Notes: generated from the sequence alone by a model not told the origin. 64,000 bases of DNA from a virus (IMGVR_UViG_3300045988_164457:1-64000), one strand, 5' to 3'; positions 35,727-46,599 are shown, numbered from the stretch's first letter. Numbers and translations are program-made.

Positions 35727-37609
35727 TGGACGTTAAAGAGACTTTGACAAGATGGGCAAGAGCTTACATGGAGCCGAGTTTGTTTTATGTGCCTGCGAAG
35801 AAGAATGACGAATATTACACAGTAACAATAATTCCCCGCTTCAATTATTTTGATGTTTACGAAGAAAAGATTAAAAAACGAGCAACTTTCCTCGAAGTGT
35901 ATAAAGAAACTACCACCAAGAATTTACAGCAATATTATGGTGGTATAGGATATGGTTTAAACGAAAGCGACTATTATATAGCTTTTGATGAAAACGGAAA
36001 CATAGCAGATAGCACTGCTTGGAAAGATTATTTTTCAGCAGCAAAATTGTCATACAAAGAAGAAAAAGATTTTTATACCATTGAAACATATAATATTGAT
36101 GATTCGTTGAAAATGTTAAACTCCCCAGCTCAAAACATGCGAGTTATAAAGAATATATCCAGTTTAAAAGAAGCTGAAGATATTTTTAATGCTGGAGATA
36201 CAGGCTATGGTACCAATGATTACGGAACGCATTTTGGTAAAAACTATAATTATTATTCGCAGACTATTTTATTTATTTTATCTTCAGGTGAAATATATGC
36301 GTGGATAGATACTTTACCAGCAACAGCGGTAGATACTTCACGAACATATGAAAGAAAAGAAGTTGGAAAATATAATTACGACACTAACAAATACATTTTT
36401 AACGATAAAGATTTTTATCAAAAATATATCATGGTAGGATTTAAATATTCTTTAGCTGATTATCAAAAATATTCTTCTGGTATAGTTAATAATTATACAA
36501 AATATCCTGGAAACTGCGAATATCATTCATTTTTACGTCTAAAAAAGGGTAAATACAAAATTTTGCAAGCCCTTTCATGTAGAGGTTGCCCTGTTATTCG
36601 ATCGCAAGAAATTACAGTAGATAAAAATATGATTCTATACTGTGATGTGGTTTTAGATGGAGTAATTTTGAGGACAAATGTAAAATATTCATCTATACCA
36701 TATCATTTACTATATAATCATCCAGACAGTAGCTGGAGAGATAAATGGGAAATTAGCTATGGCACATATGGCTCATTCGTAACTGAAACTAATACTTATA
36801 GACTATCTGATTATAAGCATTTAATTAAACAAACACTTGCTGAATGGAGTGGAGACGGTAGCAATATTCCAGCAACAGACTGTGAATATACCAATTACTA
36901 CACTGGAAACTCAATCATGTTTACATATAAAAGTCCAACTTGGAAACCAACTGAAATTACGTCTGTCATGACTGATAATATTGCATATAAACGATTTTTA
37001 ACTAATGAGGAATTATCTAAATTAACAAATTATACGTCTCATGGCGTACAAATGAGCAGTAGCTTAAAAGGTGTGTCTTTTCAAGATACCGCTATAGTAC
37101 CCACTTTTTACTTAAATGCTTCTCAAAATGAAGATTATACATATACGCCTCCTACATGGGAAGAAATTGAAGGAGCAATCGAAAGTTTGAGTATTGTCGA
37201 ATGGTTTACACCGATAGAAATAGACAGCGATGGTAGGAAAATTTATCCAAAGAAAGAAATAAAAAAAGGACAGAGTATTTGGAGTATTGAACCCGCTCAA
37301 TTAAGAGAGCTATCTGGGTATAATATGGAGATTGGAGATTTTCTTTCAGATAAAGTATATGCTTTTACCGATTCAATCGCAAATAGAGTAATCGAATACC
37401 AAAAATCAGACGACGCAGACATTGATAAAATTCGTGCTTATGGGAATCGTCAAATATGTTATTTTAACACAGCCAAAGAAAGCTTTTATAAAAATTATCT
37501 TACAATAGTATCTGCTGAAATAAACGTATTGGATAGTTGGACTGAAGAAAAACATGAAGAAGCGTTTGACTTCGTAGCGCAGAAACTATATGAAGAACAA
37601 CTTAAATAA
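35726..37609 (+). CDS. Hypothetical tail/baseplate protein
   Basis: ATG 35726 overlaps the previous stop (ATGA) after GGAGGG. 627 aa. Position only. Confidence 0.35.
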   Translation: MDVKETLTRWARAYMEPSLFYVPAKKNDEYYTVTIIPRFNYFDVYEEKIKKRATFLEVYKETTTKNLQQYYGGIGYGLNESDYYIAFDENGNIADSTAWKDYFSAAKLSYKEEKDFYTIETYNIDDSLKMLNSPAQNMRVIKNISSLKEAEDIFNAGDTGYGTNDYGTHFGKNYNYYSQTILFILSSGEIYAWIDTLPATAVDTSRTYERKEVGKYNYDTNKYIFNDKDFYQKYIMVGFKYSLADYQKYSSGIVNNYTKYPGNCEYHSFLRLKKGKYKILQALSCRGCPVIRSQEITVDKNMILYCDVVLDGVILRTNVKYSSIPYHLLYNHPDSSWRDKWEISYGTYGSFVTETNTYRLSDYKHLIKQTLAEWSGDGSNIPATDCEYTNYYTGNSIMFTYKSPTWKPTEITSVMTDNIAYKRFLTNEELSKLTNYTSHGVQMSSSLKGVSFQDTAIVPTFYLNASQNEDYTYTPPTWEEIEGAIESLSIVEWFTPIEIDSDGRKIYPKKEIKKGQSIWSIEPAQLRELSGYNMEIGDFLSDKVYAFTDSIANRVIEYQKSDDADIDKIRAYGNRQICYFNTAKESFYKNYLTIVSAEINVLDSWTEEKHEEAFDFVAQKLYEEQLK

Positions 37610-37626
37610 AGGACGGTGAATAAAAA

Positions 37627-38157
37627 ATGAAATTTAATGGGATTGAAATTTGGGACGATACTGGTCTCTGCTTTTACACAGATGTTGAAATCAGTGAAGA
37701 TAATACTCATAACAGGGCAGCTGATGTTAAAGTCTCAAAGAATAACAAATTTCCTTATGTTATCCGAGATGGCGAAGCATCTTACTGGACTGGTACAATA
37801 AACGGATTATGGCTTGATAATTCAGAGGGAGCTTGTAAAGAAGATTTTAATCTTGATACATCTACAGCTTGGATAGTTGCTCTTGCAGAATGGTTACATA
37901 ATGGGAAGCCTAAGAAGTTAAAACTTTCTGAGGATTGGATAATGACTGTTGAAATCCAGTCTGAAGTACAATTAAATTGTGAAACCTCGGTAGATGTGGC
38001 TTATAATAACAAATTGTCTTGTAGTTGGGTTCAGACAGAAGAGCGTTATACATCAGATAATATAAAACCTTTACACTGTCCTAAATGCAATACTACTGTT
38101 GTACCCACTGCGGTATATTGTCAGAAATGTGGCACAAAGTTGGTGAATAGTGTATGA
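37627..38157 (+). CDS. Hypothetical tail protein with a C-terminal zinc ribbon
   Basis: 176 aa, ends CPKCNTTVVPTAVYCQKCGTKL. Confidence 0.3.
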   Translation: MKFNGIEIWDDTGLCFYTDVEISEDNTHNRAADVKVSKNNKFPYVIRDGEASYWTGTINGLWLDNSEGACKEDFNLDTSTAWIVALAEWLHNGKPKKLKLSEDWIMTVEIQSEVQLNCETSVDVAYNNKLSCSWVQTEERYTSDNIKPLHCPKCNTTVVPTAVYCQKCGTKLVNSV

Positions 38158-39902
38158 GTGTTGTAGAAAATTTTAATTTACACTATGATATTGCCCAACC
38201 AGTCAAAGAAAACTATTTCAATCCCAAAGAATATAATTCCAATGTGATAACCCACATTATATTTAGGGCGTATCAATATAGTTCTGATATTGTAAATAGT
38301 GCAAAATATGAGGACTTCTCCCCTAACGTTGTGGATTGGTCTTATTCTGCAAGTGTAGATAATGAATCACGTCAAAGTGCAAATGTGACACTTCATGTTC
38401 CCAAAGACAGTAAAATGTGGTTCATGCGAAGAGAGCATTTACAATATGCAGGTTATGATGATGAGTTAGGTTATTTTATCAACGTAGGTTGGAATCCTGT
38501 AATGTACCGCTTGATGTGTGATTTTGAATTACCTGACGGCACTAAGAACAGGGTAGATTTTGGTTTCTTTATTCCTACAGATGATAAATATGACTATGAT
38601 GCAACTACAAGTACATTTACAATGTCTTTAATTGGCTGTTCTGGAAGCTTTAAGTCCGAATATGGTGGCAGTCTTGTTACTTCGAGAATAGGATATCTTG
38701 AAACAGATAAAGAGGGAAATCAAAGAGAAGTAGGATTCCCTTTAGGTATTCACATTGCAAATGATACACCTATTACATCTGATTTTATACGTCAGTTTGT
38801 TGAAAAGAATAATACGTTTTTTAGACAGAACAATTCGGAAGTTCCCGTTAAAAACATTTACATAGATGGCTTAGATTTTTACGATACGGTAAAGTATTAT
38901 GAATTTGAAGAGGGCAGTTCTGTCAGTGACATTTTAAATAGTATTCTTGAAGATAGTATGCAGAATTACACATACTGGATAGACGAAAAGGATAATCTAA
39001 GAATACAAAAGAAGTCTCCCCTGCTATATGGGGATTTGCTTATGCACTACAGGGATTATAGCAGATTGGTTATTAGTGAGGGGGCAAGCTATACTGATAG
39101 TGACACTATAAGCTATGCAGAAGTCTATGGTAAAGGCGGTAATTATTATGGATATTGTGATTGGGCTATGTATAACTTTGATGTTATCAGAAGCAAAGTA
39201 TTTAATTGTTCTGAGCTTGACACTGATGAAAAATGCAGAAATAGAGCAAGGTGGGAATGTTACAAAGGTCTATACGGACATGAGACCTTTGACATAACTC
39301 TCGTGGGTATTTACATTGCTCAGTTTCAATATCCCTCTATGGTTGTTGGCAGAAGCATTGAGTACACGACTATGAATGGTGATACCAATGTTTATACTAT
39401 TAAAAGCATAGGTTATTCAAATCACGAATGGACTTTGGGATTATCTATTTATAGACCTTATTATACTGATGAAAAGACGGATTTATCCTCTGAGACAAGA
39501 AACAAGTATATGCTTGAAAAACCAGTTATATTCAAACATGAAATTGACGGTAATAAAATTAAGTTATATGTAAAATCCAAGGATATAGGAATATCTCTTG
39601 TAAAGTTATATATGAGAGCTAATTTTATTGGAGAAAGCGTTGATACCGATGGAACAGCTAATCTTGAGTGGCTTGATGAAGATGCTTACAAAGTTATAAC
39701 TTATACTATTCCAGAAGATAATCAGACTTATTTATTTAGTGTACAACTATACAATCCTCAATATGAAATGTCTTTATTGAGCAACACTTATGTTGTAGAT
39801 GTTGGAACAGTTGATGATAAATATTATAAGACTAATGATGGTAAGTATATTGAAGTTATTAAAAATCACAAGACCGAATTGTTAGAAAGGGCGGTGGAAT
39901 AA
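38154..39902 (+). CDS. Hypothetical baseplate / tail-associated protein
   Basis: 582 aa, coupled to neighbours by overlapping stop/start codons. Confidence 0.35.
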   Translation: MSVVENFNLHYDIAQPVKENYFNPKEYNSNVITHIIFRAYQYSSDIVNSAKYEDFSPNVVDWSYSASVDNESRQSANVTLHVPKDSKMWFMRREHLQYAGYDDELGYFINVGWNPVMYRLMCDFELPDGTKNRVDFGFFIPTDDKYDYDATTSTFTMSLIGCSGSFKSEYGGSLVTSRIGYLETDKEGNQREVGFPLGIHIANDTPITSDFIRQFVEKNNTFFRQNNSEVPVKNIYIDGLDFYDTVKYYEFEEGSSVSDILNSILEDSMQNYTYWIDEKDNLRIQKKSPLLYGDLLMHYRDYSRLVISEGASYTDSDTISYAEVYGKGGNYYGYCDWAMYNFDVIRSKVFNCSELDTDEKCRNRARWECYKGLYGHETFDITLVGIYIAQFQYPSMVVGRSIEYTTMNGDTNVYTIKSIGYSNHEWTLGLSIYRPYYTDEKTDLSSETRNKYMLEKPVIFKHEIDGNKIKLYVKSKDIGISLVKLYMRANFIGESVDTDGTANLEWLDEDAYKVITYTIPEDNQTYLFSVQLYNPQYEMSLLSNTYVVDVGTVDDKYYKTNDGKYIEVIKNHKTELLERAVE

Positions 39903-41191
39903 TGGCATATATTTACGATTTAGACCCTATTACAAGTTTAAATGATGCAGATGTGTTTATTCTGAATACATCTAATCACGTTGATAAAAAAATCAGTTGG
40001 CAAGTGCTGTCTAACCAAATGTTGGACAAGGTACATACCCACACAAATATGCAAATTCTTGATAAATTCGGTACGAATAGCGAAGGAAAATTAACATGGG
40101 AAGACACGGTAGTGGGCAGCGATTATACCCTCCCGGCAGCGACTACTTCCGCTCTGGGTGGCGTTAAGCCCGATGGTAATACAATAACCATCGATGAAGA
40201 TGGTACTATCCACGGAGCAACAACTTACACACTTCCAACAGCAAGCACCATAGTTCTGGGTGGTGTTAAAGTCGATGGTACAACTATTACTATTGACAGC
40301 AACGGCGTTATAAAGGGCAGTGAAGCGCAGCCTTATACTCTGCCCATAGCTACCACTACGATTTTGGGCGGTGTCAAGCCAGACGGTGAGACTATTAAGG
40401 TCAGCCCCGAGGGAGTAATTACCTGTATTAACGATAGTGCTATCCCAAGCTGGGTTACAAATACAGCATATATTGTTGATAATTTGGTTGTTTATGGTAC
40501 AACCATTTATCAATGTACTGAGGCTCACACATCAGGGACTGAGTTTAACACGACTTATTGGACTGCTTTGACAGGACAGCAGGGCGAAAAGGGTGACAAG
40601 GGTGCTGATGGTGTCTCCCCTACTGCAAAAGTCACACAGACTGAGCTTGGAGCAACAATATCTGTTACAGACAGTTCGGGTACTACAACGGCGAATATAT
40701 CTAATGGTACATCGGCTATGCTGTCGGTATCACAGACTGAAACAGGTTGTACGGTAACTGCGACTGATAGCTCGGGAACAACTACTGCTACTGTCTCTAA
40801 CGGTACAAATGGTACTAATGGAGATGATGGAAAGTCGGCGTATGCTATAGCAGTCGAAGAAGGTTTTAGCGGTGATGAGGCTGCATGGCTCAGGAGCCTG
40901 AAAGGTATAACAACCGTAACGTCAAGCGCTGTAAATTTGACAGGAACGTTAACAGCTGATGGCTGGTCTGACACTGCTCCTTATATTCAGACTGTCGCCG
41001 TAACCGGTTTAGCCGAGGACGGATATCCTATTCTGGATTTAATTACATCAGCAGATACTACAACTGGAATTAACGAAAATAAGCAGTGGGCGTACATCAC
41101 AAAGGCGACAACTGCCGAAAATACACTGACAGTAAAATGCTATGAGAAAAAGCCTACTATTGCTTTGAATTTCGTCATAAAGGTGGTGTAA
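39902..41191 (+). CDS. Tail fibre protein with three ~33-aa tandem repeats and a short collagen-like stretch
   Basis: Repeats YTLP.A.T..LGGVK.DG.TI.ID..G.I at nt 40124-40426. GEKGDKGADGVSPTAKVTQTELGATISVTDSSG segment. Confidence 0.55.
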   Translation: MAYIYDLDPITSLNDADVFILNTSNHVDKKISWQVLSNQMLDKVHTHTNMQILDKFGTNSEGKLTWEDTVVGSDYTLPAATTSALGGVKPDGNTITIDEDGTIHGATTYTLPTASTIVLGGVKVDGTTITIDSNGVIKGSEAQPYTLPIATTTILGGVKPDGETIKVSPEGVITCINDSAIPSWVTNTAYIVDNLVVYGTTIYQCTEAHTSGTEFNTTYWTALTGQQGEKGDKGADGVSPTAKVTQTELGATISVTDSSGTTTANISNGTSAMLSVSQTETGCTVTATDSSGTTTATVSNGTNGTNGDDGKSAYAIAVEEGFSGDEAAWLRSLKGITTVTSSAVNLTGTLTADGWSDTAPYIQTVAVTGLAEDGYPILDLITSADTTTGINENKQWAYITKATTAENTLTVKCYEKKPTIALNFVIKVV

Positions 41192-41193
41192 AT

Positions 41194-42735
41194 ATGGCTG
41201 ATTGTTTTATTACACGAAGAGGATATGGGAGTAGCGGGGAAGGTTCAAGCAAAGTTACTCCTGAAAAACTGGGTTATGTATCGGGGGCAAATGCCTTTTT
41301 TGACGGCAGATGGAACACACCTTACGGACACGTTTCCGATGGTGCATCGTGGACTGATTTGGTGCATGAAAAGAGCGCCTATCGAGTTTCTATGGGAGAC
41401 ACTGACGCCAAGGACTACATTGATGCGGATTATTATATTAAACCAGCCGTAGCCAGTGGCGGTATTGTCTTGCCGATAGACATGTCAACTTACAGCAGTT
41501 TTACCGTAGAAGCTGTAGTAAAAATTGTCTCTTTGGATAATTACCAGAGTGATATAATCAATACTTATGCAAGTGATAATTACGGCGGTTTCGGTATTAC
41601 AGCAGAAACAGCTACAAAAATTACACTTCAGGCATATTCAGGCGGTTGGAAAAATATGTCTTCGACTTATACTAAAGGTGAAATTGTCTATGTGGCAATG
41701 ACATTTGATGGCAGCTCACTGAAGTCCTATATAAATGGAATTTATTTATCTGAAGCAAGCTGTACAAATAGAATAACGAATGCGTTATTTCCGTGTCTTG
41801 GCGTTAAAGCAGGAGGAAAGAATGAACACGCTGGTGGCAAGAGCTATTACTACAGGGCTGCTATTTATGATAAAGTGCTAACTGCTGATGAAATTACGCA
41901 GAACTATAACAGGGACGTATATAGGTATGTTAATGGCAATGCGGATGATATTGATGATAGTGACAGTGGGGATAAACCATCTGCTACAGTTGAAAAATCA
42001 ACTGTCTCTTTCACTGCAAATATAACTTCCACATCAAAATATACCGTAGAATATAAGACATTGTATGATACCGCTCCTGCCTTTGAATTATACATAAACG
42101 ATGAGTTAAAAGGTACTTATAGCGCTATAACTAACAATACCGTAGTCATAGATTTGGCAGACCTTGCTTTGTCTATTTCTAAAGCAAAAGTAGTTATCAA
42201 GTCAACATCTTACTACATCGGAATTTCACGGGTATATTTTCGTAGTTCTATAAATATGACAGCTGACACAATAACAACTGACGATGGCGATATAACAGCC
42301 TCAGCAGATAGTTATCGTTCAGGCTGCAATCCGTATTATGCTTTTGACGGCTCAACGGATACAAGTAGTTACTGGTTGGCAAACACTAAGACTACTCCCA
42401 CATGGCTACAGATACAATTTCCAACGGCAAAGGTACTGAAAAGTTTCGTTATGTATAAAGCTCATGCACAATATGACGATTGCGTAAAAGCCTTTACTCT
42501 GCAAGGGTCTAATGATGGTTCTTCTTATATTGATTTGGGCAGTTATGTTTTCTCTGAACAACTCATAACAGTATTCAGCAAGACATTTGAAGTCAACAAT
42601 AGCACTGCCTACACGACTTATAGATTCTATATCATGTCTGCAAATAACTATCCGATGATAAATGAAATATCAATGTTTTTTGATGAAGACATCAACATCA
42701 TCAACGAGTTGTCTATTGTTGATAGTTTGCGGTGA
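41194..42735 (+). CDS. Receptor-binding-type protein: LamG/concanavalin-like N domain plus F5/8 type C (discoidin)-like C domain
   Basis: ...GGFGITAETATKITLQAYSGGWKN...YVAMTFDGSSLKSYINGIY (LamG-like). C-terminal YYAFDGSTDTSSYWLANTKTTPTWLQIQFPTAKVLKSFVMY (discoidin-like). Confidence 0.5.
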   Translation: MADCFITRRGYGSSGEGSSKVTPEKLGYVSGANAFFDGRWNTPYGHVSDGASWTDLVHEKSAYRVSMGDTDAKDYIDADYYIKPAVASGGIVLPIDMSTYSSFTVEAVVKIVSLDNYQSDIINTYASDNYGGFGITAETATKITLQAYSGGWKNMSSTYTKGEIVYVAMTFDGSSLKSYINGIYLSEASCTNRITNALFPCLGVKAGGKNEHAGGKSYYYRAAIYDKVLTADEITQNYNRDVYRYVNGNADDIDDSDSGDKPSATVEKSTVSFTANITSTSKYTVEYKTLYDTAPAFELYINDELKGTYSAITNNTVVIDLADLALSISKAKVVIKSTSYYIGISRVYFRSSINMTADTITTDDGDITASADSYRSGCNPYYAFDGSTDTSSYWLANTKTTPTWLQIQFPTAKVLKSFVMYKAHAQYDDCVKAFTLQGSNDGSSYIDLGSYVFSEQLITVFSKTFEVNNSTAYTTYRFYIMSANNYPMINEISMFFDEDINIINELSIVDSLR

Positions 42736-42748
42736 AGGTGAGTATATA

Positions 42749-43099
42749 ATGAAAAAGCGTAAGATGGAATTTTCTAAGAAATGGCTTATAGGCTGTATTT
42801 GCGTTAGCCTATTCTTCACGTTGGCTTCATACGTTCTGGCGTGGTTCGACAAGAACGCCGTAGAAACACTTAGCATAACGATCATTGAGACACTGTGGGG
42901 AACTTCCGCAGTGTCCTTTGTATTTTATGCGGGGCTTAACGGCGTGAGAGCCTATACCGGCAGCAAGTGGGGTATTCCAACAGATGAGATGGACAAGGCA
43001 ATTACAGATGAAGAGCCGGAAGAGATAAACTATTCAAACCGATATGACACCGATGATATGTCGGTGGAAGATATTTTAGACGAATATGACAGGCGGTGA
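42749..43099 (+). CDS. Two/three-TM membrane protein preceding the endolysin (holin-like candidate)
   Basis: ATG 42749 after GGTGAAGGTGAG. MKKRKMEFSKKWLIGCICVSLFFTLASYVLAWF...WGTSAVSFVFYAGL, acidic tail. Confidence 0.35.
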   Translation: MKKRKMEFSKKWLIGCICVSLFFTLASYVLAWFDKNAVETLSITIIETLWGTSAVSFVFYAGLNGVRAYTGSKWGIPTDEMDKAITDEEPEEINYSNRYDTDDMSVEDILDEYDRR

Positions 43100-43103
43100 T
43101 TAC

Positions 43104-44321
43104 ATGGAATTGATTGCAAAAGGTGCAGATATCTCTAAACACAATGGAAACATTGACTGGAACAGAGTTAAGAAGACCGAGGTTAACTTTGTGATTATCA
43201 GAGCTGGATTTGGCTTTAACACGGTTGATCCGATGTTTAAGACCTACATTGAAAATGCTATAAAATGCGGACTTGATATCGGAATATACTGGTTTAGCTA
43301 TGCTGGAAGTGTGGCTGATGCGAAAAAGGAAGCAGAGTTCTGCCTCAAGACGATATCGCCCTACAGAAAGAGCATAAATTATCCTGTGTTTTTCGACTGG
43401 GAGAACGGCAGCTACAACTACGTAAAGCGAACATACGGTATAACGCCTACCAAAAAGCTTGTGTCTGATATGGCTGTAGAATTTATGGACACTATCGGAC
43501 AGGCTGGGTACAAGGTTGGCAACTACAACAGTGTAAGCTACCTGAATACATTTTTCGATGACAGAGTTAAAGAGAACTATGATACTTGGGTAGCTCACGT
43601 AAGAGACGCCAATGGAAATCCTCTGGAAAAGACAAGCTACAAAGGCAAGTATGTTATTCATCAGTATTCATGGGTCGGACGACCGAGTGGTTTCTCCTCT
43701 AAGACCGATATGGATTACTGTTATAAGGATTATACCGGTAAGGGTACAACTACAAAAACTGAGACGGTTAAATCGTCAAAGTATGTTGTTCCCGATAATA
43801 TCACATTTAAAGTACCAACATCTAAGAATGTGATTACGACCTATCCGTTGAAGACTTATGGCGAAACCAAGATTTCTGACCATTTCAAGGTCAAGGAGTT
43901 TACCAGTAAATTCGGCAATAAGGTCTATTCGGATAAAGTCAAGATACATAACAAACTGATTGAAATTCTGGAGGCTCTGTATGCCAAACTGGACTGCTCG
44001 ATGATTATAGTCAACAGTGGTTACAGGACTGCGGAGCACGACAAAGCGGTCGGTGGCAATGGGTCGGGATATCATGTTCTCGGAAGAGCGGCGGATATTA
44101 TCTGCTATGACAAAAACAAAAAGATAATCGACGCTAAGACCGTATGCGTAACGCTGGAAGAGATGGGTGGAATATACGGTATAGGGTATATCAACAACAG
44201 AGCTGTCCATGTGGATACGAGACCCAAGGCTTCTCAGTGGTATGGCGACGAAACCAAACGTGGAGCGCCCAGTATCACGAAGCTTGGATACAAGTCTTTC
44301 CGTGATTATTTCAAGATGTAA
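43104..44321 (+). CDS. Endolysin: GH25 muramidase plus peptidase M15-like zinc domain
   Basis: N-terminal GADISKHNGNIDWNRVKKTEVNFVIIRAGFG...GIYWFSYA (GH25). C-terminal SGYRTAEHDKAVGG...GYHVLGRAADI...AVHVD (H..D...H zinc peptidase pattern). Confidence 0.8.
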   Translation: MELIAKGADISKHNGNIDWNRVKKTEVNFVIIRAGFGFNTVDPMFKTYIENAIKCGLDIGIYWFSYAGSVADAKKEAEFCLKTISPYRKSINYPVFFDWENGSYNYVKRTYGITPTKKLVSDMAVEFMDTIGQAGYKVGNYNSVSYLNTFFDDRVKENYDTWVAHVRDANGNPLEKTSYKGKYVIHQYSWVGRPSGFSSKTDMDYCYKDYTGKGTTTKTETVKSSKYVVPDNITFKVPTSKNVITTYPLKTYGETKISDHFKVKEFTSKFGNKVYSDKVKIHNKLIEILEALYAKLDCSMIIVNSGYRTAEHDKAVGGNGSGYHVLGRAADIICYDKNKKIIDAKTVCVTLEEMGGIYGIGYINNRAVHVDTRPKASQWYGDETKRGAPSITKLGYKSFRDYFKM

Positions 44322-44339
44322 CAGAAAGGAAGTTTTATT

Positions 44340-44684
44340 ATGACAATCGACATTACAACTATCATTGAGCTGGTTATTGCCCTGCTCGGCACAATTATTA
44401 CCGTTATTGTAATACCTTGGATCAAGACTAAGTTGAACAATGAACAGTGGAACACTCTTAATGAGTATGCGATCGTATTTGTAAAGGCTGCAGAAATGCT
44501 CTTCAATGGAACAAATCTTGGCAAGGATAAGAAGAAGTGGGTAATTGAGAAGCTCACCGCAATCGCAGAGGAACATCATCTGAAGTTCTCGGCAGATGCA
44601 ATAGAGGCTGCTATTGAAAATGCGGTCAAGAACATGAACGACATACTGGAGATCACGGACTATAAGCCTGAAATCTCGGAATGA
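44340..44684 (+). CDS. Holin (LL-H-like: single N-terminal TM plus soluble domain)
   Basis: MTIDITTIIELVIALLGTIITVIVIPWIKTKL... followed by ...GKDKKKWVIEKL. Directly after the endolysin. Confidence 0.55.
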   Translation: MTIDITTIIELVIALLGTIITVIVIPWIKTKLNNEQWNTLNEYAIVFVKAAEMLFNGTNLGKDKKKWVIEKLTAIAEEHHLKFSADAIEAAIENAVKNMNDILEITDYKPEISE

Positions 44685-44692
44685 GGTGGGTT

Positions 44693-45061
44693 ATGTCTGT
44701 TGAATTTAATGAGAATTATCTCACAGCACTTACTCAGGTTGACGAGAGAAGCAAGAGCAACTCGCATCGTCTGGACGAAGCGGAGGCTGATATTAAAGCA
44801 ATTAAGGAAGAAAATCGTGCTATACACGATATTGCAACTTCTGTTAAACTTATTGCACAGGATATGACATATATTAAATCCGATATTGCTGCTGTAAAAG
44901 AAACACAAGCAGATTTGACAGAACAGGTTTCTAATTTAAAGGATGAACCTGCTAAAACTAAAGCAGCTTGGGTTGACAAAGTAATCGGAGCGGTGTGTGG
45001 TGCAGTCGGTATGGCTATTTTATCATATGTGTTGAGTAACTTAGCCAATATCTTTTCATAA
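44693..45061 (+). CDS. XhlA-like protein (coiled coil plus C-terminal TM)
   Basis: ATG 44693 after GAGGTGG. Coiled coil LDEAEADIKAIKEENRAIHD...AAVKETQADLTEQVSNLK, then VIGAVCGAVGMAILSYVLSNL. Confidence 0.5.
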   Translation: MSVEFNENYLTALTQVDERSKSNSHRLDEAEADIKAIKEENRAIHDIATSVKLIAQDMTYIKSDIAAVKETQADLTEQVSNLKDEPAKTKAAWVDKVIGAVCGAVGMAILSYVLSNLANIFS

Positions 45062-45077
45062 GAAAGGAATAAATACA

Positions 45078-45248
45078 ATGACAATTTTTATCTGCTATGA
45101 TACTAAGCAGAAGAAATATTTTGAACAAAACGGTTTTAAAGATGTAATTTCAGGACTACATAAGAAAACTTTAAAACCGTTTTGGGTATATGAGAGAAAT
45201 GAACAATTTGATAAGTGTTTTGAGGACTGGTTGAATCGAAAGAGTTGA
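45078..45248 (+). CDS. Small hypothetical protein (56 aa, below the track cutoff)
   Basis: RBS GAAAGGAA. MTIFICYDTKQKKYFEQNGFKDVISGLHKKTLKPFWVYERNEQFDKCFEDWLNRKS. The terminator hairpin overlaps the stop. Confidence 0.35.
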   Translation: MTIFICYDTKQKKYFEQNGFKDVISGLHKKTLKPFWVYERNEQFDKCFEDWLNRKS

Positions 45249-45262
45249 CCAGTCCTTTTTGT
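45223..45262 (+). terminator. Terminator after the lysis cassette
   Basis: GGACTGGT / GACCAGTCC stem plus TTTTTG. Confidence 0.6.
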
Positions 45263-45285
45263 TTATCTCGTAATGAAAGGAAGTA

Positions 45286-46599
45286 ATGTATATGGGACTT
45301 ATAAACCAAAAAATAGAAGTTGTGCTATCAGGGAAAAATATTCCATACTATGAAAATTTGGGTTATGAAATTCCGAGAGTATATAAAAAATATGGTTTAA
45401 GTACACCTCAAAGGACAAAAATAATTGTAGATGTTCTCGATTTATCTAAAGGGTCTGACGTAAAGGTTGATGTTCAATGTGATTGTTGTGGAGAAATACA
45501 TAAAGTTTCATATTATAATTATAATAAATATCGAAATGAGGATAAATATTATTGCAGAAAATGTAATAAATTAGGCGATAGAAATCCAAATTGGAATTAT
45601 AATAAAACAAATACTGAACGAATTTTACAAAGGAATTATGTTGATTATGATATATTTATTCATAAAGTTTTAGCCAGAGATAATTATACTTGTGTGATTA
45701 CTGGTAAAACAAACAAGGAAGCCAAGTTGGTGGTTCACCATCTTAATAGTTATGATTGGGATTTTGATGGTCGCATAGATGTTTGTAACGGGATTACTAT
45801 TACAGAAGAATTACACAAAGCATTTCATTCACAATATGGCTACGGACAAAACACTCGACAACAATTTGTTGAATTTACAGGTAAAGTTGATTTAATACTA
45901 AAAAACTATAATGGAGAAGTACCAACGGCAAGATGGGCGTATTGTATTACAGATAATGAAATAATTCAAAATGTAAAAAGGTATGCAGAAAAAAATCATA
46001 TAGCAGATACTGGTATTTATAATTGTTGTAATGGCAAGCTCTATACATATCATAATAAAATTTATATATGGTATGATAAATATTTATGTATGTCTAAAAA
46101 TGATTTAAATATTTATGTTGACATTTGTAAAAATTCACGTTCAAAAAAAGTGATTTGTACAACTACTAATAAAGTTTTTAATAGTGTAATTGAAGCAGCT
46201 GCTTTTTATAACATTCGTGAAAGTGGTATAAGTGCTTGTTGTAGGGGCGAATATAAACATAGCGGAAATTTATCAGATGATACTCCATTATGTTGGATGT
46301 ATTTATCTGACTATGTGAAAATACCCGAAAAAGGAATAAATTTGCAAACACAAGAAACATCTAAATTTTGCGGGAAAAGACAAGTAATGTGTATTACAAC
46401 CGGGAAATTGTTTAAATCTATAACAGAAGCAACAAATTATTATAAAATACCTGCAACTGGTGTAAGTTGTTGTTGTCGTGGTATTCAAAAGACCGCTGGA
46501 AAACTCCCCAACGGTAAACCTTTGAAATGGATATATTATAACGAATTTCTTAAACTTTCAAAGGAAGAACAAAATAAACTTTTAGCTAATATTTTATAG
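45286..46599 (+). CDS. Free-standing HNH homing endonuclease with repeated NUMOD/IENR-like DNA-binding modules
   Basis: VVHHLNSYDWDFDGRIDVCNGITITEELHKAFHSQYG (HNH). Three repeats of the V.C.TT.K.F.S..EA..YY.I...G.S.CCRG type. Confidence 0.7.
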   Translation: MYMGLINQKIEVVLSGKNIPYYENLGYEIPRVYKKYGLSTPQRTKIIVDVLDLSKGSDVKVDVQCDCCGEIHKVSYYNYNKYRNEDKYYCRKCNKLGDRNPNWNYNKTNTERILQRNYVDYDIFIHKVLARDNYTCVITGKTNKEAKLVVHHLNSYDWDFDGRIDVCNGITITEELHKAFHSQYGYGQNTRQQFVEFTGKVDLILKNYNGEVPTARWAYCITDNEIIQNVKRYAEKNHIADTGIYNCCNGKLYTYHNKIYIWYDKYLCMSKNDLNIYVDICKNSRSKKVICTTTNKVFNSVIEAAAFYNIRESGISACCRGEYKHSGNLSDDTPLCWMYLSDYVKIPEKGINLQTQETSKFCGKRQVMCITTGKLFKSITEATNYYKIPATGVSCCCRGIQKTAGKLPNGKPLKWIYYNEFLKLSKEEQNKLLANIL

